Assembly: GCA_977017575.1 (NCBI GenBank)
Contig: CDRNVI010000069.1
Span: 1 to 64,000 of the forward strand
Direction of reading: 5' to 3'
Source of the DNA: Paramoeba atlantica
Lineage: Eukaryota > Protista > Discosea
Length of the DNA: 64,000 nucleotides
Within the stretch, counting starts at the first letter, position 1, and each line of letters begins with the position of its first letter. Below are positions 1 through 10,200 of this stretch, in pieces. The position numbers and the translations under genes were made by a program. Below the pieces are notes generated by a model that saw nothing but the letters and a program-made list of their open reading frames with translations, was not told the origin of the DNA and did no database searches.

Positions 1-3000
1 TTTTTTCCGAAAAAATCCGAACTTGGCGGACCCGTCCTGCGGATACGCGGGGGGGTCACCCCCGGGTAGGGGGGTGGAAAATGCGCGCCAAGACCCCGGC
101 TACCCTTTCTGCGGTTTTTTTTCGAAAACTAATTTTTTCGAAAAAATTTGATCGACCATGCCCCCCCCCCCCTGGACCCCCCCCTGGACCCCCCCCCTGG
201 ACCCCCCCCATGGACCCCCCATTTTTTTCAAAATTTTTTTTCAGTTTTGGACCACCGGAGCCCCCTTTTATATTTTTTTCTTCTATTATATTACTGTGTT
301 CCCCTTTATATTTTCACTGTTTTTGTTCACTTTTTTTTCAATAATCGAGTGTAGAGCGGTAGTTTTACAACCACCGCAATGCTTTCAACTTAGAAGTCAC
401 TCATGCTGCGCGCTTCGCGTTGAAAACTACCGCCGCGTTTAACGAAGAGCCTAAAAAAGAAAATTTAGCCTGGAAAACGGAAAGATTATAGCCAAAAATC
501 GCCAAATTTCGGGTACAAATGGGGTCATTTTCGCATATTTTTGCTCTCAGAGCACTAAATCCGACATTTGCGCGTGGGAAATCACTCGCAGGCATGAATG
601 AAAGCCTACCGAACGTATTGGGTAGAGAATGCGACTCCAACCATACCATTTTTTCGACACAAAAATGCCCCTTTAGGTCCGAAAAATACTTTTTCACCTT
701 TTTTAGTCAAAAATGGGTCATTTTGGGGGGCGCACCACGGTTAGAAGAAGGGATACCTTGCGAAAACAACTGCGGAGAAAGCTAGTGTAGGTCCCAAACT
801 ATCAAAATACAATAGGGGAAACCATTTTGGAAAAATATTTTTTTTGTCATTTTTTTCGCCAAGTTGAATTTATTTTCAAAAAATTTTTTCCGAAAAAATC
901 CGAACTTGGCGGACCCGTCCTGCGGATACGCGGGGGGGTCACCCCCGGGTAGGGGGGTGGAAAATGCGCGCCAAGACCCCGGCTACCCTTTCTGCAGTTT
1001 TTTTTCGAAAACTAATTTTTTCGAAAAAATTTGATCGACCATGCCCCCCCCCCCCTGGACCCCCCCCATGGACCCCCCATTTTTTTCAAATTTTTTTTTC
1101 AGTTTTGTACCACCGGAGCCCCCTTTTATATTTTTTTCTTCTATTATATTACTGTGTTCCTCTTTATATTTTCACTGTTTTTGTTCACTTTTTTTTCAAT
1201 AATCGAGTGTAGAGCGGTAGTTTTACAACCACCGCAATTTTCTTTTCTAGGCTCTTCGTTAAACGCGGTGGTTGCTTTCAACTTAGAAGTCACTCATGCT
1301 GCGCGCTTCGCGTTGAAAACTACCGCCGCGTTTAACGAAGAGCCTAAAAAAGAAAATTTAGCCTGGAAAACGGAAAGATTATAGCCAAAAATAGCCGAAT
1401 TTCGGGTACAAATGGGGTCATTTTCGCATATTTTTGCTCTCAGAGCACTAAATCCGACATTTGCGCGTGGGAAATCACTCGCAGGCATGAATGAAAGCCT
1501 ACCGAACGTATTGGGTAGAGAATGCGACTCCAACCATACCATTCTTTCGACACAAAAATGCCCCTTTAGGTCCGAAAAATACTTTTTCACCTTTTTTAGT
1601 CAAAAATGGGTCATTTTGGGGGGCGCACCACGGTTCGAAGAAGTGATACCTTGCGAAACAACTGCGTAGAAAGCTAGTGTAGGTCCCAAACTATCAAAAT
1701 ACAATAGGGGAAACCATTTTGGAAAAATATTTTTTTTTGTCATTTTTTTCGCCAAGTTGAATTTTTTTTCAAAAAATTTTTTCCGAAAAATCCGAACTTG
1801 GCGGACCCGTCCTGCGGATACGCGGGGGGGTCACCCCCGGGTAGGGGGGTGGAAAATGCGCGCCAAGACCCCGGCTACCCTTTCTGCAGTTTTTTTTCGA
1901 AAACTAATTTTTTCTAAAAAATTTGATCGACCATGCCCCCCCCCCCCTGGACCCCCCCCCTGGACCCCCCCCCTGGACCCCCCCCCTGGACCCCCCCCAT
2001 GGACCCCCCATTTTTTTCAATTTTTTTTTTCAGTTTTGGACCACCGGAGCCCCCTTTTATATTTTTTTCTTCTATTATATTACTGTGTTCCTCTTTATAT
2101 TTTCACTGTTTTTGTTCACTTTTTTTTCAATAATCGAGTGTAGAGCGGTAGTTTTACAACCACCGCAATATAATTATTTTCTTTTTTAGGCTCTTCGTTA
2201 AACGCGGTGGTTGCTTTCAACTTAGAAGTCACTCATGCTGCGCGCTTCGCGTTGAAAACTACCGCCGCGTTTAACGAAGAGCCTAAAAAAGAAAATTTAG
2301 CCTGGAAAACGGAAAGATTATAGCCAAAAATAGCCGATTTTCGGGTACAAATGGGGTCATTTTCGCATATTTTTGCTCTCAGAGCACTAAATCCGACATT
2401 TGCGCGTGGGAAATCACTCGCAGGCATGAATGAAAGCCTACCGAACGTATTGGGTAGAGAATACGACTCCAACCATACCATTCTTTCGACACAAAAATGC
2501 CCCTTTAGGTCCGAAAAATACTTTTTCACCTTTTTTAGTCAAAAGTGGGTCATTTTGAGGGGCGCACCACAGTTCGAAGAAGTGATACCTTGCGAAAACA
2601 ACTGCGTAGAAAGCTAGTGTAGGTCCCAAACTATCAAAATACAATAGGGGAAACGATTTTGGAAAAATATTTTTTTTGTCATTTTTTTCGCCAAGTTGAA
2701 TTTTTATTCGAAAAAATTTTTCCGAAAAAATCCGAACTTGGCGGACCCGTCCTGCGGATACGCGGGGGGGTCACCCCCGGGTAGGGGGGTGGAAAATGCG
2801 CGCCAAGACCCCGGCTACCCTTTCTGCGGTTTTTTTTCGAAAACTAATTTTTTCGAAAAAATTTGATCGACCATGCCCCCCCCCCCCTGGACCCCCCCCC
2901 TGGACCCCCCCCCCTGGACCCCCCCCATGGACCCCCCATTTTTTTCAAAAAATTTTTTCAGTTTTGGACCACCGGAGCCCCCTTTTATATTTTTTTCTTC

Positions 3001-3100
3001 TATTATATTACTGTGTTCCTCTTTATATTTTCACTGTTTTTGTTCACTTTTTTTTCAATAATCGAGTGTAGAGCGGTAGTTTTACAACCACCGCAATAAG
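1..3100 (-). repeat. Family A: head-to-tail tandem array of a ~880-940 bp unit (about 3.4 copies)
   Basis: Landmark GGAAAATGCGCGCCAAGACC recurs with its ATG at 81, 964, 1856 and 2796. Each unit has a long hairpin at one end, a short hairpin GCGGTAGTT-TTAC-AACCACCGC at the other, and a variable (GGACCCCCCCCT)n tract. Confidence 0.95.
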
Positions 3101-3888
3101 TGTCCCTAGGTATAATAACTTTGCTTTGCAAAAAGGATAAAAAAAATTTCGCGCCGCTTCGCGGCGCGTTCTTCTTCACATTGCCCACAACAAGTTATGA
3201 TCCATTTGTAAGTTTCCCTCTCGCGCCTGGGGAAACGTGTGCGAGTGGGGGGTAAGATTGTTTTCTGGGGGGTCAGGGGTAAAAGAATATGAAATGCCAC
3301 GAATACATGTATTTTCGTGGTTACTATACCCCAACTGATCAAAATTCTTGACAAGGGATGTAATGCAAACAGATAGTGGCAGACGGTGACAGATGGTGGC
3401 AGACAAAACCATACACTTCTGCAGTACATCCAATGTCAATCTGATTTCTTGGTAAGTTTCCCTCATCAAACGCAACATTGAAATTTACGCGCAGTGAGTG
3501 GAAAAGATTGCTGCGACAACAAAGAGCATGCACCAGCATGCTTTTACGTGTCCAGGAGATGAATTAACCCTTTCGGAGTGTTTATGTTTGGGCGATCGTC
3601 CGTAATCCCGTCTTTGTGGCATAAATCAGGGGGGGGGATCAGAAAAATTGTAAAAAATGCAAGATTTTGTCTACCAAAAAACAATGTGATCTATGTGCAT
3701 TCGAAAATCCAAACGCAGATTACGTGCCTGCACGTTCATGAGCCCTGTTCGAGTGCTCTCGAATGCGCTATAACTTTCCAAAATGGGCCAAGTTTTACAA
3801 ATTTTAGTCCCCTCCCACATCAAAGTTTACTGTCCTGTAAGTTCTGCACCCGCCTCTGAAGGTAGGGGGGGGGAGGTATAATAAGGAC

Positions 3889-4826
3889 CCTAGGGACACT
3901 TATTGCGGTGGTTGTAAAACTACCGCTCTACACTCGATTATTGAAAAAAAAGTGAACAAAAACAGTGAAAATATAAAGAGGAACACAGTAATATAATAGA
4001 AGAAAAAAATATAAAAGGGGGCTCCGGTGGTCCAAAACTGAAAAAATTTTTTGAAAAAAATGGGGGGTCCATGGGGGGGGTCCAGGGGGGGGTCCAGGGG
4101 GGGGGTCCAGGGGGGGGGTCCAGGGGGGGGGGGCATGGTCGATCAAATTTTTTCGAAAAAATTAGTTTTCGAAAAAAAACCGCAGAAAGGGTAGCCGGGG
4201 TCTTGGCGCGCATTTTCCACCCCCCTACCCGGGGGTGACCCCCCCGCGTATCCGCAGGACGGGTCCGCCAAGTTCGGATTTTTTCGGAAAAATTTTTTCG
4301 AAAAAAAATTCAACTTGGCGAAAAAAATGACAAAAAAAATATTTTTCCAAAATCGTTTCCCCTATTGTATTTTGATAGTTTGGGACCTACACTAGCTTTC
4401 TACGCAGTTGTTTTCGCAAGGTATCACTTCTTCGAACTGTGGTGCGCCCCTCAAAATGACCCACTTTTGACTAAAAAAGGTGAAAAAGTATTTTTCGGAC
4501 CTAAAGGGGCATTTTTGTGTCGAAAGAATGGTATGGTTGGAGTCGTATTCTCTACCCAATACGTTCGGTAGGCTTTCATTCATGCCTGCGAGTGATTTCC
4601 CACGCGCAAATGTCGGATTTAGTGCTCTGAGAGCAAAAATATGCGAAAATGACCCCATTTGTACCCGAAAATCGGCTATTTTTGGCTATAATCTTTCCGT
4701 TTTCCAGGCTAAATTTTCTTTTTTAGGCTCTTCGTTAAACGCGGCGGTAGTTTTCAACGCGAAGCGCGCAGCATGAGTGACTTCTAAGTTGAAAGCAACC
4801 ACCGCGTTTAACGAAGAGCCTAAAAA
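3889..4826 (+). repeat. Family A copy, inverted relative to 2183..3110
   Basis: Reverse complement of 2183..3110, sharing unit-3-specific variants (AATACGACTCC, AAAAGTGGGTC, AAACGATTTTGG) that units 1-2 lack. Confidence 0.95.
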
Positions 4827-4882
4827 TTATACCTAGGAGGTACAATAGGTGTCCCTAGGTATAATAACCCGGACGGTGGTTT
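4827..4882. repeat. Short palindromic dispersed motif, also at 39269..39327
   Basis: TTATACCTAGG-AGGTACAATAGGTGTC-CCTAGGTATAA-TAACCCGGACGGTGGTTT is nearly identical at both sites; its right half also occurs at about 3100..3119. Confidence 0.85.
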
Positions 4883-5308
4883 AATTAAAAATTCACTAAT
4901 TTTTGTTTTACTAATTTGTGCACTGCCCCAAAAAATTTGCCAACTTGATAAAATCAATTTTTACAGAAACGGTATTTCTGTCGTTTGAGTAGGTTGTCTC
5001 CTCTAAGGTCTGCGTTAGTACCATCTGCAAAATGGTAATGCTAGGGAAGGCCGCGAGGAGGTCCCGACCGTACCCCGAATCGGCACTTTTTTACACTGCT
5101 GTTACAGTGGAGTTTGCGCAGTCTGCGCGTGAAGCTTAGTGACGTTTCGTGATAGCCAGGCGTTGCACAGAAATCCAGTGTGAAACAACCTACTCATGGT
5201 ACTGACAGGTACACTAGAAAAAACATGTTACACATGGAAGTACGAAGCCAGAAACTGTTTTTATTCCCTCACACTTTGATGTAATGATGCGTCAAAAATA
5301 TTCATTTC

Positions 5309-6919
5309 TCATTTCTGTCGTCGTCCCCTTTTTGCCGTAAATGACGGTACCCCCTCCCCCTCCTCCTTTCCCCCCACCCCATGCACCTGAACCCTTCCGT
5401 GTGTTCCTTCCGACCCCTCTCCCCCTCTTCCTTTATTTTTTTCTTTCCGGGCCAGGGCCAGGGCTACCTCTCGGCGTGCGCTCTCCTGCTGGGCTCGCCG
5501 TGTCATCCGCTCCCTCTCCTCCCTGCTGTACCGCACTTTATGGTAATCATACAACGAGCCCTGTGGTTTGTAGCTTACGGCTCGTAAAACACTATGGGAG
5601 GATACGCGATTTTGTGGTTCATTTGTTTGTAAATCCCCAATGCTTTGCTCTCCTGCTGCTAATAATTCCCGCCCTGTGGTATTTCCCTCTGAAAGCCCCC
5701 AACTTGCGATTGTTTGCTCTCTGCCCTCCAACAATGCCGCTTTCACTTGTTGTAATTTTTGTTCTCCAGATCCCGTAATGGCATGGCTTCTATTTCGATT
5801 TGGATCGCTGTTATCCGCATTCCACTCCTCCATGCGTCGACACAAATAACTTCGCATTTCATACCCTTTCGAGCCATCCGGAGCGTAGCGATAGGCATCG
5901 ACTCGAGCCGCGAGTACAACTTTATGGGAAACCATTCGAACAATTTTATGTCGCACTTCCGCAGGCTGGGATTGCACAAGATCGCTGTTTAATAAGTAGC
6001 CCCCGATGGAGAGCAGGTGCGAAGGGGCTGAAGCATCCGAAGACTGCCCTGAGCTTTTCCCCAAACTCGCAACGGTCTCCGGGGACATCTCACACAGCGA
6101 CACCAGGGAACCGGAAAGCCCAAAAAGTTGAGCCGCAATCCCGGGACCGATTAAATTACAAAGATTGGGAGCGAGCAGCATAATCCGCGAGGAGAGATAA
6201 TCCAACAGAATTTGTTTCACACTCTCCAGGGAGGTAAACTCCTCGGTGGCATCCAACAGCGTTGACGCGGTTGCCGTAGCTAACACCGTCCCACGCGAAA
6301 CGGAAGCCACCACGAGAAGCGCCGCGCAAAGCTGGGAAGGGAGATGATCTCTTAACATCTCTATTTTCTCCCCCATTTCGGAAAGGTTTACAAAATTGCC
6401 CATCGCGTGGACAATGGCGCAGTACGCGCCTCGATCCACCACGAGCGCGGCTAACTCGGGGAGGCGCTGAGCGTAGAGCGAACGGATCGCGTCGTAGAGT
6501 GCAATTTTCGTCCGTTCAATGTGGCCAATCATATCGGCTGTGGTGCGAAGCAGGGCGTGCTCGGGGTCCTCCGGGAGGATGGTTGTCTTTTCCATATCCA
6601 TATGCTGGATGGAGTCCAGGATTTGATGGAGCGTGAGATTTTGGGTAAGGCGCTGGACCCCACAGAGTAAGGGGGGTGGGGGAGGAGAAGCAGAAGCAGA
6701 AGCAGCCGCTGCCTCGGGTGGGTGTAATTTTTGTGGAGAAAAATCATCGGGCGCAGATTTTGTGGTGAGGGGGAGGAAAGGGGGGATAGGGGGAAAGGTT
6801 GCCTCTTCCTCAGTGCTGGAGTCGAGGCTGCTGAGGGTGTCTTCGTCACTGTATTCGTCGGTGGGATCGTCGTGAGAGGGATGGTGTGCTTTGTGAGAAG
6901 TGTCATCTGAGTCTGACAT
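5309..6919 (-). CDS. PRP31: Pre-mRNA splicing factor Prp31 (Nop domain, U4/U6 snRNP)
   Basis: 536-aa ORF with NOSIC/Nop motifs: IRSLYAQRLPELAALV, LLAPNLCNLIGPGIAAQL, GYLLNSDLVQSQP, KVVLAARVD. Confidence 0.8.
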   Translation of the reverse strand: MSDSDDTSHKAHHPSHDDPTDEYSDEDTLSSLDSSTEEEATFPPIPPFLPLTTKSAPDDFSPQKLHPPEAAAASASASPPPPPLLCGVQRLTQNLTLHQILDSIQHMDMEKTTILPEDPEHALLRTTADMIGHIERTKIALYDAIRSLYAQRLPELAALVVDRGAYCAIVHAMGNFVNLSEMGEKIEMLRDHLPSQLCAALLVVASVSRGTVLATATASTLLDATEEFTSLESVKQILLDYLSSRIMLLAPNLCNLIGPGIAAQLFGLSGSLVSLCEMSPETVASLGKSSGQSSDASAPSHLLSIGGYLLNSDLVQSQPAEVRHKIVRMVSHKVVLAARVDAYRYAPDGSKGYEMRSYLCRRMEEWNADNSDPNRNRSHAITGSGEQKLQQVKAALLEGREQTIASWGLSEGNTTGRELLAAGEQSIGDLQTNEPQNRVSSHSVLRAVSYKPQGSLYDYHKVRYSREERERMTRRAQQESARREVALALARKEKNKGRGGEGSEGTHGRVQVHGVGGKEEGEGVPSFTAKRGRRQK

Positions 6920-7293
6920 TGTGCAAGGCGTGAGGAAAAGGAGTTAGAAAAGAAGATACGGGCTTAAATAAGAATAGAAAAGATATTCGAGTTAATCCTT
7001 GAGAGTTTCCAGTGTTTTGTTCCATTTTTTAAATATTTTTTTGAGTGTAAACGAACGTAGCCTGATAAGAGTTGTGAGCAGTACAATATTATAAAATGAA
7101 GTGAACTTTATGTTGGAGTAAGCGTGTTTGTTTGAGTTTACACAAAAAACCCAAAAAGGCACAACGAACACAAATTTTTCGAACACAAGCGCATCATCTC
7201 TCTCAAGTCACAACAACAAAATGCACACGTAACTATTGCACCATATTCTTTTTACAAAACACTGAATTCCTTGCCCTCACAACCCCACCCCCT

Positions 7294-10200
7294 TCACTCC
7301 CCCCACTCACGACTTCTTGCCGATTTCGACCCCTCTCGGGATATCGACGATTCCACCACTTTTACCCTTGTATATTTTTTCTTTCCCTTCCCCCCTGCAT
7401 GATTAGAGTTCTTCGTTTCCTTCTCCTCTGCGCCCCTCCCCTCATATGCCTCTACTACCCTATTTGCCTCATAGGGCTCATAGGGGGCATAGGAGGAGGT
7501 GGCTCGAGTAGAGGACAGACCCAGCGAAGGGGACCGCTCGGTCTCCCCCTCCTCTACGCGTTCCACTACGGAAGGCGTGAGCTCGGTGTCACTCGGGAGA
7601 TGAGAAAACGAGGTAGAGGGCTGAGTCCCCGTTTCTCTTGTTGCCTTTTGCTGTAGGCTCTGAAAAGGATCATAGAGCGGGGAGAGCCCATGGGAGGAGC
7701 TAGGCAGCCCCGTAGTCTCCCCTTCGGTGGTTGTGGGGGTATACAACATGGAGAGAACCCCCTCGACCCCATCCGTAATGGATTGAAGATTTGAAAGAGA
7801 GGTACCTTTTTTGTTATCCCCGGTTTCGTCGCCCTCCTCGGTACGAGAAAACGACAGAAACGAGGGTTCTGGGTTTTTCGAATCTCCGTGAGATCGAGGA
7901 GAGTCTGGGGCTCCAAAGAAAGGAGCGGTTTCTGAAAAACGATCCGTACTTGGGGAGTTGCGTGAGCTATCGGAGATTCCAGAGGAGGGTTGGTAGGTTC
8001 GAAGTTCCATCCCCGCAGCCGCTCGAGGCGCACTGGAGGAGGAGGAGTCGGTGGCATGGGAAGAGGATCGAAGATTGGAAACCGACGAACGTAGACCGGA
8101 GGCATCACGGAACGCGGAGGAGTGGGTGGAGAGCGTGGTGAACCCGGTACTGCCCTCGAGGCTTTCCTCCCGTTCGGAGGAGATTTTGGAGGAGCTGGGA
8201 GAGGGTACTGGCCCGGTTGGGGTAGCCCACACCGAGGGAACAGGTGCCGTGCGTTTATCTCCCTTTTCTGCTCTTTGAAACACCCCAGGGATGGGCATCA
8301 CACCACGTGCGGTTGCGGTAGGCATCGGAGAGGAGGCCACGGAGGAGTTCGCCCCGGTGCTGGACAACATGGGAGGGACGTAACTGCTTGAGGGGACGGA
8401 GGACACCGAGCGTGTGTCGCCTTCCCCGGAGGAAACCCCCGAGGGGGGTGGTGGGAAGTTCTCGACCCCGGTCTCACTCATTAATCCCACCGACCCCGCA
8501 CGAGAGCCGGCTGCCCCATAGCCTAGATTCAATCCATAGGCGGAGGTTTGTGCCATTGGGGTGGCAGAACTCCCGGTAGAAGAAACCAAACCACTGCTCA
8601 AAGCGGGACTTACTAAACCAAACCCCCCTGCGCTAAGAGCGGGAGAGACCAGCCCAGGCACAGGCAGAGACAACACCGAAGAATGTCCGTGACCCATTGC
8701 GCTTTGACTGGATCCCGAGCGCAAACTTTGTGACGCTTGGCGGGTATTTCCCGCGGCGTCCCCCATACCCCATTCCGAGGCTGACCCCGGTGGCATTCCC
8801 CGCGCAATCGGCTGATCAAGAAAGGGCGTCGGATGGGAGACACCTCCACTCGCCGAGGAGCCCTCCCGTGCGGTTGAGGTGAACCCAGAATAGGCCCCAG
8901 GACTGTGATACACCCCCTCGACCCCACGTGCTCGCACCGCCTGCTCCTGCGTCGTACCGCTTTGAATGACCCCCTCATGGAGCAACACATCAAATGCCCC
9001 GGTGCCTCCTTTAATCGGCTGTCCGAGCATAATATTGGAACTCACCCCGGCGATCTCATCCACCTCCCCGTGTGCTGCGCCCTCCATTAAAACCTCAAGC
9101 TGCTGCTCATAGGTCGCACGCATGAGAGGACCGGAATCTGTCTTGGCCATCCCCTGACGAGTGAGTGGCGTGAGATGTCCTCGTCCGGTCATAATCTCAG
9201 CGAGCATAAGAAAATGTCGATGGTTCACATCGACACCGTATTTTTCATACACCGCAAGCATTTCTTTACACAAAACTTGCATCACGGCCTCGATGCCAAG
9301 GACTTGAAAGACTTCGGTGATGTGATTGGTGAGCGTTCGGGTGGCATCCACAATCGGGAGCCCGAGGACTTGAAGGAGATTCGACCCCTCGGTTTCGACA
9401 AAAAACTCTTTTTTCTCGACATATTCCCCGGAATGGGGATCGAGGACGAAATATTTCTCACGCTCCGTGATAAACGATTTGGTGACGCCAGGGACCCCGG
9501 AGAGACGAACACGACGGAGTAACTCGGGGAAGGTTTTACGGTACAACTCGACGGTGTCTTGGACATGAAACGGTTCCCCGGCTTCATAGGCTTGCTCCGC
9601 TTGTTTATGCAGGTCGCTTTCGTCCTCTAATCGGATGCGAAGGACCGGGACGGCAGCATTGGGATCTGAGGCCTCATAGTGCCATTTGTCCTCGACCGCA
9701 CGGAGAGCTTCTCCCATTTCTTCTGGACTTAGTCGCATCAGATGCATGGTGGTGGGATCTAAGAGAAGTCGCATGACAAAACGAGAGGCGTGTTCCCGGA
9801 TGCGTACCATCTCCGCTTGCCGTTCTGGGGGATGGAATTCAAGATCCCACCAGCGGGCGACAAAGTCATGGTCGGCCTCCACTACGGTCTCTGCGGGATC
9901 TGGGTCGTAGTGAATCTCCACAGTCTGCACGAGGTCGTAAAGTGTCTTGTGCTCGATTTGGGATAACGCATGCAGAGCACCCTCTTTTGTCCCGGCGAAT
10001 TCGGGGGTAAGAAAAATACTCATGTTGCTGACCTTTGGGTTACGGGTGCAGTTGATCAGCTCCTTGAGACGAGGAACCCCGAGAGTGACGTTCTTACTCG
10101 CGACCCCAGCGAAGTGAAACGTGTTCAGGGTCATCTGGGTCGCAGGTTCGCCACAGCTCTGAGCGGCAATCGCCCCCACCATCTCTCCTGGGTGAACTAA

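Noticed and set aside
81-4776. Recurrent short ORFs (MRAKTPA.., MKKYFSDLKG.., MGSFSHIF..)
   Set aside because: They are translations of the non-coding family A repeat; frames shift with homopolymer length and no domains are recognisable.
4955-4979. Weak SL-like string (minus strand AGAAATACCGTTTCTGTAAAAATTG)
   Set aside because: Several mismatches, wrong spacing to TTG and AT-rich context; compatible with chance.
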